A stretch of DNA of 64,000 nt from an uncultured bacterium. GTDB taxonomy: Bacteria > Cyanobacteriota > Vampirovibrionia > Gastranaerophilales > Gastranaerophilaceae. The stretch is taken from NCBI GenBank assembly GCA_949298985.1, contig CASFYV010000013.1:96229-160228 (forward strand). Direction: 5' to 3'. Positions 30,460 through 38,800 of the stretch are shown here, piece after piece; position 1 is the first letter of the stretch; each line of letters begins with the position of its first letter. The notes under the pieces are model-generated. The model was not told the DNA's origin. It saw only the letters and a list, made by a program, of their open reading frames with translations, and did not search any database. Made by a program: the position numbers and the translations under genes.

Positions 30460-30699
30460 TTGCTTTGCAACTTTGTAAAATTCTCCAGTCTTAGCTCGCT
30501 CACGCTGTCTTGGATTTACTCCACGCTCGGAAAGTTTCGCTTTTTGAACCTTCAGTTCAATATCGCTCAATTTCCTCACTATCCGGACTAACTCTATTTT
30601 GTCGTGTCGTCCGTACGTAAATCCGCTTGAACCCGAAAATAATGCTTTGAATTCTTGGGGTTCTACTTCCAGTACACAATTATTTAACAAATCAAAAAT

Positions 30700-31092
30700 T
30701 GGAGATGGCGGGAGTCGAACCCGCGTCCATCGTGGATAAAAACTGATATCTACGAGTGTAGTAACTTATTTGCTTAGATTAATACGGAAAGTTACAAAAC
30801 CTGAATCAATCCAAAGACTTTTTGCGGAAGCCTAACCTCCAATGGTAAAACTTGATATGCATACCATCATTTGCATACTGCATCTTGCATACATTCATCA
30901 CCCCTAACGGCAAGCTGGTCAGGTTAGATGGGCTGAACTGCTATAATTAAGCAGCGAGTCTTTGTGCTCTGTAATCAGCCATTGATACTACTTTATTAGC
31001 ATCTAATTTATTTTGCTCGTTGATAAACGGGAACAGCGCCCGTACTCGCAATCCGGATCTACCAATCACGGCGTCAAAACCAGTACATCCCC
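30700..31092 (-). ncRNA. ssrA: tmRNA; tag (A)ANKVVSMADYRAQRLAA at 31000-30947
   Basis: 5' GGGGATGTACTGGTTTTGAC; 3' GCGGGTTCGACTCCCGCCATCTCCA; acceptor pairing GGGGATG/CATCTCC; tag ORF after TAGAT ending LAA-stop; TACAAT -10 at 31105-31100. Confidence 0.96.
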
Positions 31093-31142
31093 ATGTTCAA
31101 TTGTAGGCTATAGAGAAGACGGCTCCGCTCGGAAACCTGCTT

Positions 31143-31316
31143 GTCTTGTTCACTAGCGTTGTACGGCAATTTCGTGTTTCGACTTCGAGTCTACAACTCT
31201 TGTCAAAAGCACTCCAGCCTACGCTCGTTCACGCTGTCTTGCTCACTCGCAAGCCAACACTGTTTCCTCGACTTCACCTCGAGGGCTTCCCCTCTCGGCT
31301 TGCCCATTGTCCTCGC
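31143..31316. repeat. Two tandem GTCTT-initiated hairpin units upstream of ssrA
   Basis: 31143-31235 aligns end to end with the reconstructed unit starting at 29496; the second unit starts at 31236 with a GCAAGCC/GGCTTGC stem. Confidence 0.75.
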
Positions 31317-31322
31317 CGGACG

Positions 31323-31347
31323 GGCGTCAAAACCAGTACATCCCCAT
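31323..31347 (-). repeat. Exact 25-bp duplicate of the tmRNA 5' end
   Basis: GGCGTCAAAACCAGTACATCCCCAT at both 31070-31094 and 31323-31347. Confidence 0.95.
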
Positions 31348-31362
31348 ATAAAAATTATTTTA

Positions 31363-31394
31363 CCTCACCCTAACCCTCTCCTAAAAGGCGAGGG
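31363..31394. repeat. CCTCACCCTAACCCTCTCC-type REP hairpin
   Basis: CCTCACCCTAA-CCCTCTCCT-AAA-AGGCGAGGG. Confidence 0.6.
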
Positions 31395-31461
31395 AATTAA
31401 ATTGGTTAAGAAAATCTCTCAATGTGCAGTAAATACAGTATAAGTTATATTATAAGCTTTT

Positions 31462-32055
31462 TCAAGCTTTAATAAGATTTTTTATTTTTGTTAAATCTTT
31501 AAGCATTAAATCTCTAGGGCTTCCTTCTTCTAGTGAATGGTACCTTAAAAGATATGAAGGATGGAAAATTGGAATACATTTTCTTATTTTTCCACCTATT
31601 TCGATTTCCAAAATCTCACCTCTGATTTTTGAAATCTGAATCTTTTTATCCCAAAAAGATTTTAAAGCTGTCGCTCCACAAAAGATTATAACCTCAGGGT
31701 TTATTATTTCTATTTGTTTTAATAAATACCCTTCACAAGCTTTTTTTTCATCATCAGAGGGCACTCTATTCTTAGGTGGACGGCATTTTACCGTATTTAT
31801 TATATATAAATCATCTTTTCTAGAAATTCCAACTTTTTCCAAGAACTCATTTAATAATTTTCCGGCTCGTCCAACAAAAGGAGTTCCTGTCTTATCTTCA
31901 TTTTCTCCTGGGGCTTCGCCTATTAAAATTGCTTTTGCACTATTAGGATTGCCATCAGAGAATACTATATTTATTCTCGTTTTGCCTAATTCACAGTTCA
32001 TACAGCTATTACAAACATTTCTTAATTCATCTAAATCTTTTTGCTTAGTATTCAT
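31462..32055 (-). CDS. Family-4 (Fe-S) uracil-DNA glycosylase
   Basis: C..C..C.L...R..IVFSDG, GEAPGE.ED..G.PFVGRAG, N.VKCRPP.NR, FHPSYLLR. Confidence 0.95.
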   Translation of the reverse strand: MNTKQKDLDELRNVCNSCMNCELGKTRINIVFSDGNPNSAKAILIGEAPGENEDKTGTPFVGRAGKLLNEFLEKVGISRKDDLYIINTVKCRPPKNRVPSDDEKKACEGYLLKQIEIINPEVIIFCGATALKSFWDKKIQISKIRGEILEIEIGGKIRKCIPIFHPSYLLRYHSLEEGSPRDLMLKDLTKIKNLIKA

Positions 32056-32657
32056 TCTATCCTCTCAAAATCTACAGCACCGTGTTTGCATATTGGGCAT
32101 ATAAAATCAGGCGGCAAATTTTCTCCCTCATAAATATATCCGCAAATTTTACATCTCCATCCTTTTTTATTAGTTTTTTCAGGTTTTGGTTTTATATTCT
32201 TTTGATAAAAATCATATGTTACACTTGTTTTATTTGATAGGCTTTCAGCTGCAACTAGTTGAGCTATAAATAAAATATGGCTGCCTAAATCTATTTCTTG
32301 TTTTACGAATGCCGAAATATATGCATTTGTACTACTTGTTAAATATAAAACTCCATTTGGAGAACGTTTTGTATCATTGTAGTTTGCAAATTTATTTACA
32401 TTAGCACCTGATTGATATCCAAAATTCTTAAAAATTTCAAAAGGTGCTGATTCATCCAAAATTGAGAGATTGAATTTCTTAGTTCTTTGAATCATACCTG
32501 TTGTGTAATTATTTTTATTCACTGCAATAGCTATTTGTAAAGGATCAGATGTCACTTGCATAGCGGTATTAATAATACAGCCGTTATCTTTTTCCCCTTC
32601 ATTAGCTGTTAACACATAAAGCCCATAGCCAATTTTAAATAAAACTTTTGTATCCAT
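32052..32657 (-). CDS. Flavin reductase fused to a C-terminal rubredoxin
   Basis: IGYGLYVLT...NGCIINT..QVTS.P; WRCKICGYIYEG..LP.DF.CPICKH; start set at MDTKV (32657). Confidence 0.9.
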   Translation of the reverse strand: MDTKVLFKIGYGLYVLTANEGEKDNGCIINTAMQVTSDPLQIAIAVNKNNYTTGMIQRTKKFNLSILDESAPFEIFKNFGYQSGANVNKFANYNDTKRSPNGVLYLTSSTNAYISAFVKQEIDLGSHILFIAQLVAAESLSNKTSVTYDFYQKNIKPKPEKTNKKGWRCKICGYIYEGENLPPDFICPICKHGAVDFERIE

Positions 32658-32715
32658 AATAAAATCTCCTAGATTTTTAAATTTAACATTAAAAGCTTTT
32701 ATTGTAAACAAAATC

Positions 32716-32858
32716 TTGACAGTAGTTAGAATTTATATTAGCATGCAATTATGCCGAAGTATAGTGCTATGGTATGCCTTACTCGGAGAGGTACAGAAAC
32801 GGGTAAAACTGGTTTGAGGTATTTGTTTCATTCCAAGATATTTACCCCCGAAAGGAGA
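32716..32858 (+). promoter_or_regulatory. Sigma70 promoter and structured 5' leader of rpmI-rplT
   Basis: TTGACA(32716)-N17-TAGCAT; ~110-nt leader with a GGGTAAA/TTTACCC stem next to the Shine-Dalgarno. Confidence 0.55.
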
Positions 32859-32863
32859 ATAAA

Positions 32864-33073
32864 ATGCCAAAATTAAAAACTCACCGTGCAGCAGCTAAGA
32901 GATACAAAGTTACTGGCACCGGTAAAATCACAAGAAGACATGCAGGTATCGGTCACTTGCTTCAACACAAATCTGAATCAAGAAAACGTAAGATTTTCGG
33001 AGATGTTGTTATTTCTGAAACTCACGAAAAATTGATTTCTAAAGAGTTACCTTACAAGAAGTATGCTAGATAG
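32864..33073 (+). CDS. rpmI: 50S ribosomal protein L35
   Basis: MPKLKTHRAAAKRYKVTGTGK...HLLQHKS. Confidence 0.98.
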   Translation: MPKLKTHRAAAKRYKVTGTGKITRRHAGIGHLLQHKSESRKRKIFGDVVISETHEKLISKELPYKKYAR

Positions 33074-33085
33074 GAGTGTTGAACA

Positions 33086-33436
33086 ATGAGAATTAAACGT
33101 GGAAATGTATGTCGTAACAGACACAAAAAAATATTAAAACTTGCTAAAGGTTTCAAAGGTGCAAGAAGCAGAATATTTAAAGTTGCTAACATTGCTGTAA
33201 TGAAAGCGCTTAAATATGCTTACAGAGATAGACGTGCTACAAAACGTAATATGAGACGTTTATGGATTGTAAGAATCAATGCCGCTGTTAGAGAACAAGG
33301 GTTAAGCTATTCTAGATTTGTTAATGCTTGTAAAAAAGCTAATATTCAAGTTAACAGAAAAATGCTTGCTGACCTTGCTGTAAATGACAAAGAAGCTTTT
33401 GCTCTTGTTGTTGAAACTGCTAAAGCAGCTTTATAA
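33086..33436 (+). CDS. rplT: 50S ribosomal protein L20
   Basis: MRIKRG...[34 protein letters not shown]. Confidence 0.98.
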   Translation: MRIKRGNVCRNRHKKILKLAKGFKGARSRIFKVANIAVMKALKYAYRDRRATKRNMRRLWIVRINAAVREQGLSYSRFVNACKKANIQVNRKMLADLAVNDKEAFALVVETAKAAL

Positions 33437-33456
33437 TTTTATTTAAGTCTAAACTA

Positions 33457-33490
33457 AATAGCTTGGTTATATTAATAACCAAGCTATTTT
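33457..33490. terminator. Bidirectional terminator
   Basis: AAATAGCTTGGTTAT / ATAACCAAGCTATTT stem. Confidence 0.85.
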
Positions 33491-33513
33491 TATATATAGG
33501 AGAAAAAGGAGAA

Positions 33514-33927
33514 TTACATATCATATACAAAGTTTTGTCCCGTTGTATTTTCTGCAGCTTGCTCTTTCATAGCCTGTGATGCAAAAAACATTTGTTTAGC
33601 ATAACTTTGTATTTCACTATTATATATTCTTTGATCAAAGATATTTTCGTATTTTTCTAAATAATCACCTATAGGGTTTACAATATCCGTAACTAATCCG
33701 ATTGCAGTGTCGGCAAATTGTTGTAATGCTCTTTCGCCAAGACCTAGTTCGGCCATTTTTTCAGATAAAGTTAAAGTTAGCAATCCGCTTTCTTGTACCG
33801 CATGTTTTGCTTGCTCTTGAAGCTTGTTTTCCATCTTTTCTTCAGCGGCAGCATGTTGCTTGGTAGGATCATATGTATGTGTTTTATATGTTTGTAAAAA
33901 ACTGTTCAGATTAAATGTTTCTGCCAT
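33514..33927 (-). CDS. 137-aa hypothetical protein behind a sigma28-type promoter
   Basis: Clean ORF with Shine-Dalgarno; C-terminal TGQNFVYDM. Confidence 0.8.
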   Translation of the reverse strand: MAETFNLNSFLQTYKTHTYDPTKQHAAAEEKMENKLQEQAKHAVQESGLLTLTLSEKMAELGLGERALQQFADTAIGLVTDIVNPIGDYLEKYENIFDQRIYNSEIQSYAKQMFFASQAMKEQAAENTTGQNFVYDM

Positions 33928-33956
33928 ATCCTTTGTCCCTATTCTTTGTAATTATT

Positions 33957-33983
33957 TTATCGACATTTTTTTTTGAAACTTTA
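33957..33983 (-). promoter_or_regulatory. Sigma28 (FliA/SigD)-type promoter
   Basis: Minus strand TAAAGTTT-N11-GTCGATAA, one mismatch to TAAAGTTT-N11-GCCGATAA. Confidence 0.8.
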
Positions 33984-34123
33984 GGTTTTTAATAAATTTT
34001 GTTACAAAATTTAACAAAAGTTTGAAATTTAGTTTTAATGTTAATTAGAATTTATTATTTTTGCATTATTTAGTGTTTTTGTAGTAATATGTAGTAGTAG
34101 ATTTTTAAGGGAAGGTTAAGAAT

Positions 34124-35218
34124 ATGGTAAACAAACTTATTAAGGAAGACACTAAAATGTTCCTTACAGGAAATGAAGTGTTGGCTTATGCTGCAAATTC
34201 AGCAGAAGCAGAATTTATGTACGGTTATCCGATTACACCTCAAAATGAAATTATGCATACTTGGTGTAAATTGTTACCAAAGACCGGAGCTGGATTTTTG
34301 CAAACAGAAGATGAAATTTCAGCTGGGTTTTCAACAATTGGTGGAATTTTAGCCGGAAAAAGAGCTTTCACCGCGACAGCTGGTCCTGGTAACGTTATTA
34401 TGCAAGATGCTCAATCAATGGCTGAAATGATGAGAATACCTTTTGTTTGTGCAGTTATGCAAAGAGGTGGACCTTCTACTGCTACGGTTATTTATGCTCA
34501 ACAAGAAACAAGATTAACTTGTTACGGAGGAAATGGTGAAGGTTTTAGAATTGTTTATTCTACTGCTGGTCACCAGGATCTGTACGATTATATGATTAAA
34601 GCATTTAATACTGCTTGGAAATATAGATTCCCTACTTACGTTTTAGCTGACGGATATCAAGGTAAAATGAGAGAACCTGTTATGTTATATGATCCTGCTA
34701 GTCGTGGTATCACTATGGTTCCTACTGAAAAAGCATTGTTAGGCCCTGGTGAAATCGGAGTTGATAGAAAATCTACTCATATGAGAAATACATATAATAT
34801 GGAAGAAGAACTTATGGAAGTTCTTGAAGGTTATCAGGCTGATTATGACAAGATGTCTGAAGAAGTTCAAGAGTGGGAAGAATATAAAGCTGAAGATGCT
34901 GAAATTCTTGTAATTGCTCACGGTATTGTTGCACGTTCTGCTAGAACTGCTATTGATGAGTTAAGAGAAAAAGGTATTAAAGCTGGTTTATTTAGACCTA
35001 TTACAATAAGACCGCTTGCTGTTAAACCTTTAAGAGCTGCAGTTGCTAGATCAAAACAAATTCTATTTACTGAATCTGCTAACGGTCAATTAGCACAAAT
35101 GGTATTAGAAAAAATATATGGCTTAACTACACCTTATGACACTTTATTCAAAATGGGTGTTGGGGTTACTGGTGACGATATTGTTAAAAAAGTTGAGTCA
35201 ATGGCAGTAGCTGTGTAG
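34124..35218 (+). CDS. 2-oxoacid:ferredoxin oxidoreductase alpha subunit (VorB/KorA-like)
   Basis: GYPITPQNEI, QTEDEISA, ATAGPG, QRGGPST, GLFRPITI.P. Confidence 0.93.
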   Translation: MVNKLIKEDTKMFLTGNEVLAYAANSAEAEFMYGYPITPQNEIMHTWCKLLPKTGAGFLQTEDEISAGFSTIGGILAGKRAFTATAGPGNVIMQDAQSMAEMMRIPFVCAVMQRGGPSTATVIYAQQETRLTCYGGNGEGFRIVYSTAGHQDLYDYMIKAFNTAWKYRFPTYVLADGYQGKMREPVMLYDPASRGITMVPTEKALLGPGEIGVDRKSTHMRNTYNMEEELMEVLEGYQADYDKMSEEVQEWEEYKAEDAEILVIAHGIVARSARTAIDELREKGIKAGLFRPITIRPLAVKPLRAAVARSKQILFTESANGQLAQMVLEKIYGLTTPYDTLFKMGVGVTGDDIVKKVESMAVAV

Positions 35219-35240
35219 ATAGGAAATAGGAGATAAAAAT

Positions 35241-35993
35241 ATGTCAGAAATATTAACACTTCCTCCAAATTTACCAAAATCTCAAAATGCTGAGGTTGGA
35301 GCAAGTAAATTTTGTCCGGGTTGTGGACACGGTATAACTTTAAAAGCATTGGGTAATGCTATTGATGAATTAGGTATCAAGCAAAAAACTGTTTTTGGTT
35401 GTGATATCGGATGTTCATTATTATCTTGGAACTATATGGATTTAGATACGGTTCAAACTCACCACGGTAGAACAACTCCGGTTATTTATGGTGTTACAAG
35501 AGCTAATCCTGAAGCAATTGGTATTGCTTATATGGGTGACGGTGGCGGCCTTGCTATTGGTGCTCAACACTTAGTTAACGCAACTGTTCGTGGCGAAAGA
35601 ATGATGATAGTTGTTGTAAATAACACTAACTATGGTATGACAGGCGGACAAATGTCACCTACTACAATGCCTGGACAAAAAACTGAAACAACCCCATATG
35701 GTAGAGATTGTGATGTTACAGGTAAACCTGCTAAAGCTGCTGAAATGGTTGCTGCGATTGCAGATCCTGCTAAGTCTTATGTAGCTAGATCTACTGTTTC
35801 GAATGTAATCAAATTAAAATCAGCGTTTGTTAAAGGACTTAAAAATGTTCAAAATGGCGGTTTCTCTTTCATTGAAGTATTATCAATTTGTCCTTTAAAT
35901 TGGAGAACTAATAATTTTGATACATTTGCAAGACTTCAGCAAATGGAAGAATTCTTTGAAGTAAAAGAATTTTTAGTTCCTGAAAGTGTATAA
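35241..35993 (+). CDS. 2-oxoacid:ferredoxin oxidoreductase beta (TPP-binding) subunit
   Basis: FCPGCGHG, DIGCS, HGRT, GDGG...IG, NNTNYGMTGGQMSPTT. Confidence 0.93.
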   Translation: MSEILTLPPNLPKSQNAEVGASKFCPGCGHGITLKALGNAIDELGIKQKTVFGCDIGCSLLSWNYMDLDTVQTHHGRTTPVIYGVTRANPEAIGIAYMGDGGGLAIGAQHLVNATVRGERMMIVVVNNTNYGMTGGQMSPTTMPGQKTETTPYGRDCDVTGKPAKAAEMVAAIADPAKSYVARSTVSNVIKLKSAFVKGLKNVQNGGFSFIEVLSICPLNWRTNNFDTFARLQQMEEFFEVKEFLVPESV

Positions 35994-36024
35994 TTATATT
36001 AAGAAATAATTTGGAGAAAATAAA

Positions 36025-36588
36025 ATGGCAAGAACAAAAATAGTATTAGCAGGTGAAGGTGGACAGGGAGTCCAATCTATTGCTAAAATTCTTGTAGAGG
36101 CTGGATATGAAGCTGGAAAACAAGTTCTTTATATTCCTAACTTCGGTGTTGAACAAAGAGGTGGGGTTTCAATTGCTTTTTGTCAAATCGCTGATGAAAG
36201 AATTGGTGAACCTCGTTATTCTAAAGGTGATATTATTATTATGTTATCTGATAGAGCAATTGACAGATGTGAAACTTATGTTGACGAAAATTCAACAGTA
36301 GTTTATGATACTTCTGTTTGTTCTAAAAAGCCTACTGTTAAATGTAAAAGAGTTATAGGTATTGATGCTAATAAAATTGCTAACGAAAAATTAAGTGCAA
36401 GAGTATTTAACATCATTATCTTAGGTGTATTACTTGCTGCAACTAATGTTTTAGAACTTAGCGATATTAAAAATGCGATGGAAATGGCATTAGGCAAGAA
36501 ATTCGATGCTAAGCCTGAATTAAGAGAATTAAATTATAAGGCTCTTGAAATGGGTATGGAACTTATAAAAGAAAAGGCTGGTGTATAA
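36025..36588 (+). CDS. 2-oxoacid:ferredoxin oxidoreductase gamma subunit
   Basis: AGEGGQGVQS, FGVEQRGG.S, NIIILG. Confidence 0.93.
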   Translation: MARTKIVLAGEGGQGVQSIAKILVEAGYEAGKQVLYIPNFGVEQRGGVSIAFCQIADERIGEPRYSKGDIIIMLSDRAIDRCETYVDENSTVVYDTSVCSKKPTVKCKRVIGIDANKIANEKLSARVFNIIILGVLLAATNVLELSDIKNAMEMALGKKFDAKPELRELNYKALEMGMELIKEKAGV

Positions 36589-36862
36589 TATGACAGATAA
36601 ACAATATAAAGGTTATAAAATAGAAGGTGTTGGCAAAGGCAAAGCTGACTATTATGTTTATACAGATTTATGCAAAGGTTGTGGACTTTGTATTGCAAAA
36701 TGTCCGATGAATAAAGCTGGAAAAAAATGTTTACAATGGTCTAAGGAAGTTGGGTTATACCAAACTCCTGCGGTTGCTCCTGATCCTGAAATTTGTATTG
36801 CATGCGGAGCTTGTGCCATGACCTGTCCTGACAGTGCGATAAGAATCGAGAAAAAAGCATAG
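36581..36862 (+). CDS. 2[4Fe-4S] ferredoxin (delta subunit)
   Basis: CKGCGLCIAKCP and CIACGACAMTCPD. Confidence 0.92.
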   Translation: MYNMTDKQYKGYKIEGVGKGKADYYVYTDLCKGCGLCIAKCPMNKAGKKCLQWSKEVGLYQTPAVAPDPEICIACGACAMTCPDSAIRIEKKA

Positions 36863-36883
36863 TTTTATAATTTTTAATAAACT

Positions 36884-38668
36884 TTAGGGCTCGATATTTT
36901 TCGAGCTCTTTTGTTTGTTTAAATATAAGTATATTCCATATGCTAATATGCCTAAACTTCCTAAAATGATTGGTATTGTTTTGTATGAAGTTTTTATTGA
37001 ATGTCTATTTTCAAGAATATCTCTATATTTTACTATTTTTTTGTATAACTCTTTTTCTGATTTATCAAGTCCTTTTGCTTTAAAGTTTTTTTCTAAAGCA
37101 TCCATTGGGTTAAAGCCTTTGTTTTTCTCAATAGAATTTATATATTCTTCTTCAAAATTGTATGGGATTATTGTTTTATAACTATTTAAAGAACCGTGTT
37201 GAATTCTACTATCTTCAAGTCCGAGTGCATCTGTGAAATATATCATATTATTATAAGCAGAATAATTTTCTGCTAAACGACTTTTTATATATTCATTATT
37301 TGAGTTTATTTTTTCTGGTGGAATATTTAATAGTTTACCTAATATTTTACTTTCTTCAGAATTAAAATTCATTTTTATAGAATCTTGATTAGTGGCTCCA
37401 AGTATAAAATTATTTTTTGTAAAACCTCTTTTTAAAAAGCTTGAATTTGTTCCCCAATCTTCTTTTATGTAATCAGATGTGAATATATTCATACGTTTTT
37501 TGATAAAGGGTTTTATTTGATTACCTTCAAAAATATTAAAATTATCAGGGGAAGTTATAAATTCGTAACTTATATTATTTAAATTATAATTATTCCCCTT
37601 AACTTTTTTTACTTCATCTTCTATAAGACTTAAAATTTCTTCTTCATAATATTTATTATTTTTAACTCCATCTTTAATTATTGGCTGTGAAATATAACTC
37701 CAAGCCGCATCAACCCTAAAACCATCAAATCTTTGTGCATAAATATTAACTTTTTTTCTTAAAAGCTCTTTTCCTTCAATAGAATCCAAATCAAGAGCAG
37801 GCAAATTCCAACCTATAGAAGCATCTTTTATGAAAGCTTTTGGATTTGCCCAAACTTCATCATAAGAGAATCCACAAGGCATATCTCCATTCAATTTTAT
37901 TCCTTTTAGATTTAAGTTTGCTTTAGATTTTGATAAACTTTTTTCTGCTAAAAATTGTTTGAATTTATAAAAATCAATTTCTTTTGATTTTTGTGAATAA
38001 ATTTCTTTTATTCTTTTTTCTCTTTCTGTGATTTTCACTATGTCAGGATTAAATAAATTTTTATCAATCTCATTCCAATTGTTATAATTATAATTATTAT
38101 TAATTTCTTTTAGTGCTTGATAAAGAGCTTTTGGTTCTAAAATTTCTGCATTGTTTTTTTTAAAGATTTCAAAATCTTTTTGCATACTTATATCAAGATT
38201 ATTGTATAAATTTTTTAATACAATTTCTTGAATAGAATTTTTTTCTATAATATTTTTAAAATTTACCTCGTCTTTTAAATTATTAGCTTTAATAATTTTT
38301 TCTAATTCATCCTTAGATACAAAATCTTCAATATTAATAATATGATTTCCTAAATCCATAGAACTTCCAGAATAAAATGGCACATCTTTCCCGTGGAAAT
38401 GATATTGTCCTATCGGTAAAAGTTGAATTTCATTAATATCCCAATATTTTTTTATAAAATTACTAAAATTTTCACCTTCTTTATTTGCAAAATTCCCGAC
38501 TCCAATTTTATTTGGTAAAGATGAAGATGGAATTATAAGTGTGGATTTTCCATTATTTCCGAGTTTTTCTTTTGCTTGTTTTAAAGTATCAGAATATTCC
38601 TTCTCTTCAGAAGGCTTTAGCTTTCTTTGAAAATTTAATGAGCTAATAGAATTTATTTGCATAACCAC
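36884..38668 (-). CDS. malQ: GH77 4-alpha-glucanotransferase-like protein with a lineage-type N-terminal extension
   Basis: IQLLP, FYSGSS...G, Y.F.QFLA, GDMPCGFS.DEVWA, FDGFRVDA; N-terminus MQINSISSLNFQR. Confidence 0.8.
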   Translation of the reverse strand: MVMQINSISSLNFQRKLKPSEEKEYSDTLKQAKEKLGNNGKSTLIIPSSSLPNKIGVGNFANKEGENFSNFIKKYWDINEIQLLPIGQYHFHGKDVPFYSGSSMDLGNHIINIEDFVSKDELEKIIKANNLKDEVNFKNIIEKNSIQEIVLKNLYNNLDISMQKDFEIFKKNNAEILEPKALYQALKEINNNYNYNNWNEIDKNLFNPDIVKITEREKRIKEIYSQKSKEIDFYKFKQFLAEKSLSKSKANLNLKGIKLNGDMPCGFSYDEVWANPKAFIKDASIGWNLPALDLDSIEGKELLRKKVNIYAQRFDGFRVDAAWSYISQPIIKDGVKNNKYYEEEILSLIEDEVKKVKGNNYNLNNISYEFITSPDNFNIFEGNQIKPFIKKRMNIFTSDYIKEDWGTNSSFLKRGFTKNNFILGATNQDSIKMNFNSEESKILGKLLNIPPEKINSNNEYIKSRLAENYSAYNNMIYFTDALGLEDSRIQHGSLNSYKTIIPYNFEEEYINSIEKNKGFNPMDALEKNFKAKGLDKSEKELYKKIVKYRDILENRHSIKTSYKTIPIILGSLGILAYGIYLYLNKQKSSKNIEP

Positions 38669-38800
38669 ACACCAATTATATTAAATCAAATAAAGGCTTA
38701 AATTTGCCTTATTATGTAGAATTGTTAAAAAAAATTGCAATAACTCGTTATTTAATATACGATAGACAAAAAGGTGGTTAAATTTATAGGAGGATATTAA

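Larger units (their letters stand above)
29496..30627. mobile_element. Nested insertion: two GTCTT...CGCT hairpin units, one carrying a parDE cassette between 39-bp direct repeats
   Basis: Direct repeats at 29541-29579 and 30460-30498 (37/39 identical); flanks rejoin to a tmRNA T-arm; no recombinase in the window. Confidence 0.65.

Noticed and set aside
29496-30627. Integron attC array or group II intron
   Set aside because: No RYYYAAC/GTTRRRY attC ends, no GUGYG start or domain V, and no integrase or reverse transcriptase in the window
30454-30690. 78-aa minus-strand ORF downstream of ssrA
   Set aside because: Lies entirely over GC-rich hairpin units and the split T-arm; no Shine-Dalgarno or recognisable motif
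29481-31347. Permuted two-piece tmRNA
   Set aside because: A complete one-piece gene in standard order exists at 31092-30700; the extra ends are short flanking duplicates
31141-31443. Two plus-strand ORFs (100 and 75 aa)
   Set aside because: Non-ATG starts, overlap the repeat units, the duplicated ssrA 5' end and a REP; composition unlike the genome's genes
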